DNA from: Girardia tigrina
Lineage: Eukaryota
DNA length: 52,808 nucleotides
Direction of reading: 5' to 3'
NCBI GenBank assembly: GCA_001938485.1
Contig: MQRK01186088.1
Coordinates: 44,854-97,661, forward strand
Of this stretch, positions 39,710-51,339 are shown in pieces. A program made the translations under genes and the position numbers. A model generated the notes under the pieces. That model was not told the origin of the DNA and searched no databases. It saw only the letters and a program-made list of their open reading frames with translations. The number at the start of each line of letters is the position of its first letter. Position 1 is the stretch's first letter.

Positions 39710-40980
39710 CAAATATTGTGAAATATAACCAAAGTCATCCATTTAAAAATATATTTTACGACTATATATTTCGACGGATCTACCGTCATCTTCAGGTCAC
39801 TAATTAATAATCAATTCACCTGTATATAAATACAAAAATGATGATTATGTAATCGGTTGCATGAAATCATGCTAATCAAAAATTCTATATAAGCTGGTTG
39901 AGACTGCCGATTGAACATTGATTTTAGGGCAACGTGACCTAATTAACAATGCTTCACACGACACTCTCTCCCAATAACTGTCAAAATGCTTACACAGAAT
40001 TTTGAANNNNNNNNNNNNNNNNNNNNNNNNNNNNNNNNNNNNNNNNNNNNNNNNNNNNNNNNNNNNNNNNNNNNNNNNNNNNNNNNNNNNNNNNNNNNNN
40101 NNNNNNNNNNNNNNNNNNNNNNNNNNNNNNNNNNNNNNNNNNNNNNNNNNNNNNNNNNNNNNNNNNNNNNNNNNNNNNNNNNNNNNNNNNNNNNNNNNNN
40201 NNNNNNNNNNNNNNNNNNNNNNNNNNNNNNNNNNNNNNNNNNNNNNNNNNNNNNNNNNNNNNNNNNNNNNNNNNNNNNNNNNNNNNNNNNNNNNNNNNNN
40301 NNNNNNNNNNNNNNNNNNNNNNNNNNNNNNNNNNNNNNNNNNNNNNNNNNNNNNNNNNNNNNNNNNNNNNNNNNNNNNNNNNNNNNNNNNNNNNNNNNNN
40401 NNNNNNNNNNNNNNNNNNNNNNNNNNNNNNNNNNNNNNNNNNNNNNNNNNNNNNNNNNNNNNNNNNNNNNNNNNNNNNNNNNNNNNNNNNNNNNNNNNNN
40501 NNNNNNNNNNNNNNNNNNNNNNNNNNNNNNNNNNNNNNNNNNNNNNNNNNNNNNNNNNNNNNNNNNNNNNNNNNNNNNNNNNNNNNNNNNNNNNNNNNNN
40601 NNNNNNNNNNNNNNNNNNNNNNNNNNNNNNNNNNNNNNNNNNNNNNNNNNNNNNNNNNNNNNNNNNNNNNNNNNNNNNNNNNNNNNNNNNNNNNNNNNNN
40701 NNNNNNNNNNNNNNNNNNNNNNNNNNNNNNNNNNNNNNNNNNNNNNNNNNNNNNNNNNNNNNNNNNNNNNNNNNNNNNNNNNNNNNNNNNNNNNNNNNNN
40801 NNNNNNNNNNNNNNNNNNNNNNNNNNNNNNNNNNNNNNNNNNNNNNNNNNNNNNNNNNNNACGTATCGTTTATATACTAAAGGTTGATTTCCATCAAACA
40901 GTTTAATTTTATTTTCAATCTTAGAAAGAAAAACAGAAGCTAACGTTGGTGCTAACGGTGAACCCATAGCAACCCCATTG
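39710..40980 (-). mobile_element. 5'-truncated Penelope-like retroelement (RT plus GIY-YIG)
   Basis: NGVAMGSPLAPTLASVFL..YKRY (PLE RT) and FKILCK..CEALLI..PKINVQ endonuclease end; middle is an N gap. Confidence 0.9.
39760..39798 (-). ncRNA. Minimal type I hammerhead ribozyme in Penelope pLTR
   Basis: gac-CUGAAGA-u-gacgg(uagau)ccguc-GAAA-uaua-UA-guc, about 90 nt after the ORF stop. Confidence 0.88.
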
Positions 40981-42365
40981 TGAAATATGTGGAAATTTAC
41001 TAAACGGAGTAAAATATAAAAGAAATATAGATGGCATAACCTTTAGATGTTATAAATCATTTTGTGTAAACAAATTAAATACATTTCAAATCGGAAAAAT
41101 TCGTTTTTCGAAGAGTTTAAATTTGAACTAATAGTTATTTTTTTGGTTTGTTTGGATTGGTTTTTAGATCAATGTCTTTTTCTTTTAACTTATAAAAAAT
41201 TAAGATTTCAATGTGAAAAATACTATAATCAAAATCCAATTAAACTCGGTAAAAATGGCTTTATAAGCTAAATAGATGAGTCAATGTTTAGATACAAACC
41301 AAAGTATTATGTTGGACGAGTCAACAGTGATTATAAGTGAGTTTTTGGAATTGTTGACACCACGACTTCACCGGCAAATTATTATGTTGAACTTGTTGAA
41401 AATCGTAGAAGAGAAACGTTGTTGCCAATAATTTTGTTGCCAAATTATATAGAGTGATGGAGAGTGCTTATCAGCAAATCAATAGGCTTAATTTAACACA
41501 TCGAACTGTAAACCCCAGTCTGTTTTTTGTTGATCCAGTTACAGGTGTGAATACACAATGTGTTGAATCCTTATGGAATAAGTTGAAAACTAGATAAAAA
41601 AACTGATGGGTATTGAACATGATGCCTTGCCTCAATTTTTACAGGAATGGATGTTCAAAGATAATATTGCTAAAAAAGATGTCCGATGGTTGTTTATTTT
41701 AATAAATTTATAAAGTGTATTTTTTTAATTTTTATTTCAAATCTTATTATTATGTAACTTATTATTTTTATGTAATTATTAAAAAAGCATTGTAAGGGAA
41801 AGACTGTTTTTTTTAGTTGGTTGGAAAAGACAAGGCCCAAGCTTTGTTTTTTTCAATGAATTAAAAAAATCATATGATATATAGTTATAATATTATAATA
41901 AAATTAATATTTTTTACAAGCTTTTATTACGTTTCAATTGTTTGTCTGTCTGGATGCATCAAATCTTGTGAAAATTCACCGACTTCCCGTTCACCTAGCG
42001 ACATGAAACTTTTAGGACTGATGTATTCTAGGTGACAATGCACTTTTTTTTACTATCACTGCTCATCTACCGTCTTTAGTTTGGCCGCAAAAAGTAATTA
42101 AAGTGTCCTTCTCATGTTTTCCTCAGTAGTAGGCTTTGAAATTTGCTACATCTAAATGCAAATAGAAAGCGGGTTTTCGCCTAGTAGGCTTTGATAATTC
42201 AGTCAAGAAAATGTGGGAAGTGGGTGAAATAGATACAGAATCGCAAACATATGACAAATTATAAAATCTTGTACACCAAAAATTTTTTTGGTATGATTAT
42301 ACTTATTTTATATAAAAATATCCTATGATTTATAGTTATAATACTATAATAAAATTAATATTTTT

Positions 42366-43453
42366 TAGGGATGTACCGGTTTTCGGCCCCGGCTCCGGAA
42401 AACCGGTTATCCGGCCATTTTTTCAACTCTGGTACCGGCTTCGGCTCCGGCAAAATTATACCGGTTTTTTGATCAATGTTTACAAGAATTAAAAACTCAT
42501 AAATAATTCATTTATAAAGGCAAGTGATGTTAAAATAATATCTCAAAAATGATGTTTTAACAGATGCAGTTATACAATAATTACTATGAATTCACTAAAG
42601 AGAAAGACTAATACAGTGTGTAATTTCTTGATATCCATCCTGCTTAAACGAATTATTATTGTTAGTTCTGTGATAGCTAAATAAAGTTATATAGCAATAT
42701 CGATTTTTCTTTATTTTCGAGATTGAATGTGTAATTTAAACGGACAGATAACTTTGCATTTTGGCTGTGTTTTTAATGTGGAATATTTTATCACGACATA
42801 TGGAGCCATTTATGAACCATGGAATGAATTAATGAGAATATTTCAAAGTTGTGGCGAAGGCGACAGTGATTTGCAATTACCGAGAATTTACGTTTACTTT
42901 ACTTCTGGAATTCATGGAAAATGTGTCCCAATCAGCGTCATGGTTGAATTGAATAGTACCACTCTCGATTATGTACTGAATTCGAACCTTGGGAAATTCT
43001 TTCAACCCGATTATTTCATCGGAGGTTCCTCAAGTGCTTTTAAGAATTGCGAAAGACATACGGTCCTCTTCAGGGCCAAAATTCGTGATTGGAAAGTGGA
43101 GACGGAATGGACAAAAACAACTGGTTTTGTGGAACTTGTGCCCAGGTATCAAATTCCATTGAGAAAATATATCACAGAACGTTTACTACCTGATTTTTTT
43201 GAGACAGTGAAGATGAAGATTTTGAAGATCCTTTTCTCTGGTGGCAATCAAACAAAAATACAGGCTTCCTACAATGGCATCTATGACACGTCTTTACCTT
43301 GTTCCACATCCTACAAGCGATTTGTTTCGATGTAATGCATTTCTTACCATAATTATATTTAATTATCGTTTAATTTAAATATTCAACTTTTTTTCAATTT
43401 TTGTTAAAGCCGGCACCGGCCGGATTTCAAAAAAGGAAACCGGTACAACCCTA
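42366..43453 (+). mobile_element. Non-autonomous hAT element, copy 1, carrying a beta-tubulin-like fragment
   Basis: TIRs tagggatgtaccggttt / aaaccggtacaacccta; 8-bp TSD atattttt; hAT residue GFVELVPRYQIPLRKYITERLLP. Confidence 0.9.
42850..43060 (+). pseudogene. Divergent beta-tubulin N-terminal fragment
   Basis: GDSDLQLPRIYVYF...GKCVPISVMVELNSTTLDYV...LGKFFQPDYFIGGSSSA aligns with beta-tubulin GDSDLQLERINVYY..GKYVPRA.LVDLEPGTMDSV...GQIFRPDNFVFGQSGA. Confidence 0.85.
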
Positions 43454-43858
43454 ATATTTTTTTATTTGTCAAAAAAGAATTAAAAAAAAACAATAAAATT
43501 TATCTATTAGAAATCATCTTTCTTTTGGTTTTCTTTACATATCGTTTAGGAATGGAGAAATGAATACGAGGACGCTGCCTGTAAGCTGCATGCTCCAAAC
43601 CATCAATATCTTCGTCAATCTGGTTTCGATTATTCGATCTTCGTAATAAATTAGGCTTTGAAATTTCCTACACCTAAATGCAAATAGAAAGCGGGTTTTC
43701 GCCTGGTAGGCTTTGATAATTCAGTCAAGAAAATGTGGGAAGTGGGTGAAATAGATACAGAACCGCAAACATATGACAAATTATAAAATTATATACTTAT
43801 TTTATATAAAAAATCCTATGATTTATAGTTATAATACTATAATAAAATTAATATTTTT

Positions 43859-45254
43859 TAGGGATGTAACGGTTTTCGGCCCCGGCTATCCGGCCATTTT
43901 TTCAATTCTGGTACCGGCTTCGTTTCCGGCAAAATTCTGCCTGTTTTGATACAGGTTTTTTGATCAATGTTTACAAGAATTAAAAACTCATAAATAATTC
44001 ATTTATAAAGGCAAGTGATGTTAAAATAAGATCTCAAAAATGATGCTTTAACAGATGCAGTGATACAATAATTACTATGAATTCACTAAAGAGAAAGACT
44101 AATACAGTGTGTAATTTCTTGATATCCATCCTACCGAGACACATTTAACAATCTGTGAAGTATATTATGCCTATATTGCTTGTGGACTATCAGAATACAG
44201 GAAAAGAAATTTGGCACCTCTTCAATGATAACATATCTTAGCTTTCAACATTCAAAAGAGCTTGCTACCCTTCAAGAAAATAAACAAGAGTACCACTTAC
44301 ATTCATCTACTTCTACTAATAACAAAAAACACCACAGTTCAACAAACTCTGGTACAGTATTTAGCCAAGCACACAGCGTTGGCATATCAATCATCCATCA
44401 CTTATCATAATCAACAAGGTTATTGGTCGAATGCTTGTCATATATTTGAGGCCCATTCAACTTGTGGAGAATACTGGTTTTGTGGAACTTGTTTTCTACC
44501 TGATTTTTTTGAGACAGTGAAGATAAAGATTTTGAAGATCCTTTTCTCTTGTGGCAATCAAACAAAAATACAGGCTTCCTACAATGGCATCTATGACACA
44601 TGTTTACCTTGTTCAACCTCCTACAAGCGATGTTTCAATGTAATGCATTTCTTACCATAATTATATTTAACTAGCGCGCTCGGCCCGCTTCGCGGCCCTC
44701 TCTTGCCGGGGGTTCAATTTTTTTTATATTGTAAAAGCCCAAGTCACTCACTGCCTGCCTCACTGCCTCACTAATGCTGTAAGGTAAATTTTTGAAATAA
44801 TAACAGAATTTTTCATAATAAATTGATATTTTTTCACATTAAATACAGAANNNNNNNNNNNNNNNNNNNNNNNNNNNNNNNNNNNNNNNNNNNNNNNNNN
44901 NNNNNNNNNNNNNNNNNNNNNNNNNNNNNNNNNNNNNNNNNNNNNNNNNNNNNNNNNNNNNNNNNNNNNNNNNNNNNNNNNNNNNNNNNNNNNNNNNNNN
45001 NNNNNNNNNNNNNNNNNNNNNNNNATACAGAATTTTTCATAATAAATTAATATTTTTTCACATTTATTTTTCAACAAATAATACTATTATTACGTCAACA
45101 ATTATTACGTCAGCGTTAGTGAAGCAGGCAGGCAGTGAGTGACTTGGGCTTTTATAATATAGATTATCGTTTAATTTAAATATTCAACTTTTTTTCAATT
45201 TTTGTTAAAGCCGGCACCGGCCGGATTTCAAAAAAGGAAACCGGTACATCCGCA
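43859..45254 (+). mobile_element. Non-autonomous hAT element, copy 2, retaining BED-finger transposase remnant
   Basis: Same TIRs and TSD as copy 1; KKFGTSSMITYLSFQH (BED-like) and RPIQLVENTGFVEL. Confidence 0.85.
44671..45163 (-). mobile_element. Non-autonomous Helitron
   Basis: Minus strand 5' TCTATATTATAAAAGCC, 3' hairpin ggccgcgaagcgggcc then CTAG; inserted between A and T without TSD (empty site at about 43362). Confidence 0.92.
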
Positions 45255-45299
45255 ATATTTTTTTATTTGTCAAAAAAGAATTAAAAAAAACAATAAAAT

Positions 45300-46475
45300 T
45301 TATCTATTAGAAATCATCTTTCTTTTGGTTTTCTTTACATATGATCGTTTAGGAATGGAGAAATGAATACGAGGACGCTGCCTGTAAGCCGCATGTTCCA
45401 ACCCGTCAATATCGTCGTCAATCTGGTTTCGATTATTCGATCTTCGTAATAAATTAGGAAACACTTTCACGAAAATTATCCCGAAAAAAGCCAATGGAGC
45501 GATGATTATTGCAATCAGAAAAATCGGTACAAAATAAAACGGCAAATGTTTACTCAGTCCTCCGTAATTTCGACCGATCAATTCGCCCATCGATTCGAAC
45601 AACGCCAAATTCCAATCGGATATCAGAGAACCGATAATTTTCAATAGATTCAATTCGAAATGCGTCGTTTTATGAAGATCGGCAAGTTGTTTCAGACACT
45701 CCTCATTGGAATCACCACGAAAAATCGATTTCAAACTACCCCAAATCGATTTATCTTTATTCAAACAATGGTTCGTGTGAGTTTGCGTCATGATGAACGA
45801 TTTCTTCAACTCGATATCCTCGTGCATCTCGAAGCCTTTGTGCAACACACACAGAAACACCAACAGCACAAAGAATTTCGTTTTACTCAAGCAAATAAAA
45901 CTGATCGTCGCGAACACAATCAGCACCCCATAAAACAAGCGCGTCGTTTCGAACCAACTCGGATTGATCGACAAATAATCGAAATTGATCGACGAATCGT
46001 TGATTTTCCGCGGATCGACTGTCCGCAAATTTTCGATGAAATATTGATTGATATCGGATGAGAGAATTTCATTGGAGACATTCAAATAAGTCTCGAGACT
46101 GTCGAGGAAGTGTCTGGTGACAGTTAACTTGAAATCGATCTCGGAATTATCGATATCGGTTCTCGTTGATTGCTGGTGGTCTTTGATCTTGTCGAGAATC
46201 ACTTTAATCAAATGAGAATGCCACAAAATATCGATTTGATGAGTTTCGATCGATTTATTATTAGTTTTTCCGGCTGGAAGTGGGAAATAATTCAAAGATT
46301 CTTGTGTGGGTTTATGATTCTCGTCAGTGTTGTTACTGACGTCATTTTCATTGTCATTTACACTATCATATGATAATTTAAACGGGTCTTCATCATTATC
46401 GATTACATTTTCAAACGATTCAGATGAAAAAATGACGACACAAATCAGGAAAAGTAATTTTAAAACATTATAAAA
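45300..46475 (-). CDS. CLCC1: CLCC1/MCLC-like ER membrane protein, exon 2 (393 aa with exon 1)
   Basis: Signal-peptide-like FYNVLKLLFLICVVIFSSES, DPFKLSYD (cf. DPTDMLNYD), TM pair, lumenal C..SIW..EEC loop, amphipathic MGELIG..LP, third TM and basic tail; open frame extends to the AG at 46476. Confidence 0.78.
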   Translation of the reverse strand, partial: FYNVLKLLFLICVVIFSSESFENVIDNDEDPFKLSYDSVNDNENDVSNNTDENHKPTQESLNYFPLPAGKTNNKSIETHQIDILWHSHLIKVILDKIKDHQQSTRTDIDNSEIDFKLTVTRHFLDSLETYLNVSNEILSSDINQYFIENLRTVDPRKINDSSINFDYLSINPSWFETTRLFYGVLIVFATISFICLSKTKFFVLLVFLCVLHKGFEMHEDIELKKSFIMTQTHTNHCLNKDKSIWGSLKSIFRGDSNEECLKQLADLHKTTHFELNLLKIIGSLISDWNLALFESMGELIGRNYGGLSKHLPFYFVPIFLIAIIIAPLAFFGIIFVKVFPNLLRRSNNRNQIDDDIDGLEHAAYRQRPRIHFSIPKRSYVKKTKRKMISNR

Positions 46476-46523
46476 CTAATAATAAAAATAATAAATAAGC
46501 AACATTAGAAAAATACGATTTAC

Positions 46524-46529
46524 TTTCAT
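46524..46529 (-). CDS. CLCC1: CLCC1-like exon 1 (ATG AAA)
   Basis: ATGAAA|gtaaat followed by a 48-bp intron ending ttattag, in phase 0. Confidence 0.68.
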
Positions 46530-46638
46530 CGGTTTGAAAGAAACGATAAAAATTTGAATTTTTGTATATTTAAAACGAATTATTAAAACAAGAATAATTT
46601 TTATTAATGTAAAAAAAATATATGATTTTATAAATTGC

Positions 46639-46680
<42 letters not shown>

Positions 46681-48330
46681 ATGTAATTTAGAAACCTATT
46701 GAAGACTTTTTACTTCATACATTTTTTCCAGGTTATCACACTTACTCCTTTTCGGTGACAATAAATGATAATGTGAATATTTGATCAACCTTGTCAATCA
46801 AAAAAAATTACAAAAAACGTTTTACGATTATGCATAAATGTTTAAACTGTATTAAATAATAATGTTTTGGTTTTTTTCCTTCCATACTTTATAACCAATT
46901 TATCATGTTAATAGTAACCATTTAATTGCAAAATGGAGTTGTAAGAATTTTTTTTAATTTTAAGAATTTAAAAAAGATTTAAATAGTTATTCATAACATA
47001 ATATATTTATTGAAAAATTTAATTGTAATTTTCCCTTCTACAAAAGATTAAAAAATTCTCTTGGCAAAGTAGAGTTCTGCATGCATTAAGAATGAATATA
47101 TAACATTTTTTTATGATTTACTAGTTTTTTATCTATATATGGAATTAAATTTTTATTATTTATCAAATTATTTGTTTATCTATTTTTGCGAAAATATTTT
47201 TGGATTTTTTAAATTTGAATTTTTCTAATTGGTACTATTGTTGAGGTATCTGGGTGATTATGAAATTTAAAATGAAAATCAAAAAGAGTAAGTCATTCTT
47301 TTATAAAAATTTCTTGATAAATCACAATATTTACAAGTCTTTTTAAAAATAACTTAACCTTATTTATTCGAATTTGGATTTTGAATAGTGTTGGGGTTCC
47401 GAAAATATAAATTAAAATTTTAACTAAAAACTCTTGTAGAAAAATTGAAAATAATTCCCAATAATTTTCGATTCACATAATTGTTTTTTAATAAAATTTG
47501 TAGAATATTTGTAAATATTTTGAGATTTGTTTTAGAAAATTAATTTTCAAGTTTATTTAAAACTAGTATATAAACAACTGTTTTGCGAGTTGTGAAATGC
47601 CTGTCGTTGAAAAAGAGCTCCTTCATGATTGATTGACACTCATCAGTTTCATATATGGGTCTTCTCAGCCGTTTTCAAGGTCTGATTTTCGATTGTGTGA
47701 ACAAACACTATCAAAACATGGTATTGCGGCCTAGAAAGAGATTCCTTCAGAATCTAATGTCTTTTTGATTGCTGATATCGATTGTGATGAGAACTTGGAC
47801 AAATGTGAAAGTCATTGTTGTGTTGTAACTTTTGTAAATTATTTTTATTGTTCAGCTTTGTTTTTTTTGTTGGTTGTACATTCAAAATTATGTAATTTTT
47901 TTGTGTAAATTTTTATGTAAAAAAGGAATTATTAGATTGATGGAAAGTGTCATTTCAAATACTTATTTTAGATACAAATTTAAAGCTTGGGATGAATTAT
48001 TATTTTTATTTCGTATTTTTTTTATCAACTTGTAAAAATCTTTTAACAACATTTTCAATTTATTTTAAAACATTAAATTTTCACGGTTTTTGTTGACTGA
48101 AATTTATTCTATATGTAATATTGTTGAGTGTTTGTTGCGTTTTTATTTAGAAATAAAATAACTCTTATTTTATTTTATAAAAATATATTTGTATTTACAA
48201 TTAATTACAAACTCAAATGAAGAATAGTATTTTACTTGGCCCCTGGCCGATTTTATATTAAACTCGGAGAGCCTTTAGCGACAACTCGAGTTGATGTAAT
48301 ATTAAGGTTTGGGTCACGCTTTACAGCGTG

Positions 48331-48366
<36 letters not shown>

Positions 48367-49769
48367 AAAATCAAAATTATCTTNNNNNNNNNNNNNNNNN
48401 NNNNNNNNNNNNNNNNNNNNNNNNNNNNNNNNNNNNNNNNNNNNNNNNNNNNNNNNNNNNNNNNNNNNNNNNNNNNNNNNNNNNNNNNNNNNNNNNNNNN
48501 NNNNNNNNNNAATTTTATATTTATTGTCATAAATATTTCATCTATGAGAATATAATTTGTTTAATAATATTTATTAATTTAAAACAAATACATAATAAAT
48601 TATAAAATTTTGAGATATTCCCTCAACAATATTTTAATTATTATTTTATGTTAGCTTTATTTTAATGTCAGAAAAAATTGTTTTACTGAACTTTTCGATA
48701 AAAATAAAACTTTTTGAATTTAGAGTTATTTTGCTGTTGCGAGTTAATATCTTCATTTATAACGAAAACAAGATAAATTAATCAATCAATATGGCTTGTG
48801 GATTTGCCAAATTATCAACTGTTGAGAGCAAAGCAGAACAATCGATAAATTTACAATGCCCACGGATAATCGCCATGTTAATCAGATCCATCGGTTGTGT
48901 TGAACATATCCCTCAAGCGATTAATTCGGATACTGAGAAAATTCAGGAGAAAATATCGAAAGGAAAGAAAGAGCCGACGATTGTTAAATAGACTGAACAA
49001 ACTCCTCCAAAAGAAAATATAAACGTTCAATCGATTATTTCTGAAAAAGACGTACTCCCACAAATCTCACAGTCATACAATTGGAGTCTTGACTGCATGA
49101 GACAATACCATCGCCGGAATGCGGAGGAATGACGAAATTCGTGAACTGTGGCTTCATATATCTGTTAAGGTATGAAATTTATAAAATAAAAAAAAATAAT
49201 AGAAAATAGAATTAAAAAAAGAAAATAAAAGAAAATTTGTTTAAATAACAAATTTAAACTGTTAGAGATTAATAAATTTTGCAAGTTTTTAATTTGTTTT
49301 GATTTAGAATGGAAGATAATTCCCAACCTAACACGTGTAATGGGTGTGAGGAATATTTGGTGTGTGGATGTTTTGTGTAGTGTTTGCATGTTTAAATGTT
49401 GTATGTTGATTTGGGATTGTGCCTCTCCTAACCAGATGGATTCTCAATATTTAATTTCTTATAATCTGAAACTAATTTATTTAAATTTAGATTTCATATT
49501 CAAATTTTTAATTTTTATTATTGCAACTGTTAAATAATTTTATTGATTTTATTTTTGTAAATTTTTAAATAATTAAAATCAAATTAATGTTTAAAAATGT
49601 CTATAAAAATATTTTATTTCAGCCAATAAAATTTAAATTAAATATTTTTAAATAAAATACTCTCAAGTATAGTTCAGATTATAATGGGAGATATTGAAAA
49701 TTGATTGATGGATCTAAGTGAAAGCAATACTATTGATCATCATAAAGATGATAAGAAATGTGAATGTAA

Positions 49770-50215
49770 TAAATGTTCTGTCAAATGTGTGAGTTCTCTT
49801 AACGATGGGTGCAACGCTACATACATTGGAGAGACGTCTCGTCATCTCTGTAAACGGATTCAGGAGCATAGACGATTGGGTAATGAGAGTAATATTGCTG
49901 GACATATGAAGGGTTGTAAATCGGAGGTGAAAACAACTAAATTTAAAATATTGTGCAGTAATTTTAAAAATTATTGGGAAACAGTTACTTGTGAAGCATT
50001 ATTGATTAAATCACTTAATCCGTCTATTAATGTCCAAACAAGTCTCTCTTCCAATTTGTTGAAAATATTTAATTATTTATTACGTAAGATGTTTACATAA
50101 TCATCAATTTGCTATATATAAGACAGCGAAATTGTTGTTAATTCAGCCTGAAGATGGTGGAAAATGCACCGAAATATATTGCGACAATAAAATTTGATTT
50201 AAATGGCGTTCTTGA
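49770..50215 (+). mobile_element. Penelope-like element 3' end (GIY-YIG plus pLTR)
   Basis: C..CNATYIGETSRHLCKRIQEH..CEALLIKSLNPSINVQ, then TATA-like box, hammerhead and AATAAA. Confidence 0.9.
50131..50188 (+). ncRNA. Minimal type I hammerhead ribozyme in Penelope pLTR
   Basis: gc-CUGAAGA-u-ggug(gaaaaug)cacc-GAAA-uaua-UU-gc; stem I is short or ambiguous. Confidence 0.72.
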
Positions 50216-51339
50216 TTATAAAACTTTTAATTAATTAGTATTTAAAAATTAACCTCATTAAATTAGTTTCATTAGATTTAAATTAAAATTAGAATCACAA
50301 ATCTAAACAGCATACAAACAACATCTAACTCTGTCATCGCATTCTTCTGTCCGTTCGCAAATCATATATTTAATTATTTTAAAATTAATATATCTCAGTA
50401 TTTATATTATTTCATTTCGGTTATATCACACGAAGACATTTTACTTAGTAGTCATTCTAGTGATACTTTATCATTTCAAGTCTGGCAATCATAGACTTAG
50501 ACTTCAAAAAATTAGTTCAAAAAAATAAAAATCAATACGATATCTAATATTGTCAGAAATAATTATATGGCATCCTCGATTAGTTTTCTTATAAAATTCC
50601 AGTTGAGAAACATTTATGTCTTTTTATACGAATTTTGACGAACTCTAGGTGACTATTCATCTCATGGTCATTGCCAAACAACGAAATTAATCAAACAAAA
50701 AAAAGAAACAACAAGAACTCATTTATTTTAACCCGATCATTTTTGTCGGCATTTCCACTTTAAATCCATTAAAAACAATAGTCAGAGAAACCACTACCGG
50801 CATTGAATATTACAATTAATACGAAGACAAATAAATTTATTTATAATAAAGTTTTTTTATCAAATAATATATTTCTCACCTGATGATATTAAGAAATTTG
50901 ATGATTATTAAAAGTTGTTGATAAAAGTTGTATTGTTATGTTAATAAATTTTGTTTTAAATTAGTTTTAACTTTATAAACAAACACAGGATAATGTATAG
51001 GTTAAAATGGATTTAGAAGTAGAAATTAAACGTCTTACTAATGAAATATGTAATGGTAAAATTGATTGCATACAATTCCTTATTGAAATATCACGTTATC
51101 GCCTTTGACTAAAGAAGATTACATAGAACTTGTTGTATGAACCATATGCATTAAAGACATTAAAACTGAATTGAGAAATAAACAGAGGAATGTTTTACTT
51201 GTGTGTAGCATTCTAACTGTTGCGGTCAAAAACCTATTATAATAAACAACAAACAATTTTACAAAAGAAAAAAAAGTCAATAACCATAAAATACATATAT
51301 TGCAGAAGAAAAATAAATAACAATTAGTTACGGTAATTA

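Larger units (their letters stand above)
39628..41838 (+). mobile_element. Merlin (IS1016/IS1595-like) DNA transposon with nested Penelope insertion
   Basis: TIRs gggccttgtctttt / aaaagacaaggccc; 8-bp TSD cagctttg / aagctttg; IDESMF..KYYVGR..VFGIVD..VENRRRETLLPII..FVDPVTGVNTQCVESLWNKLK. Confidence 0.92.
42129..45458. repeat. Tandem duplication (42129-43655 and 43652-45458) of flank, hAT element and CLCC1 3' end
   Basis: Collinear near-identical blocks joined at tagg microhomology (43652-43655). Confidence 0.9.

Noticed and set aside
45660-46373. Plus-strand ORFs overlapping CLCC1
   Set aside because: Antisense shadows of the real coding strand.
48791-49170. Coding-like plus-strand stretch (also 16280-16740 and 47597-47820)
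   Set aside because: Interrupted by stops and no recognisable homology.
50878-50905. CUGAUGA..GAAA motif
   Set aside because: No credible stems I-III.
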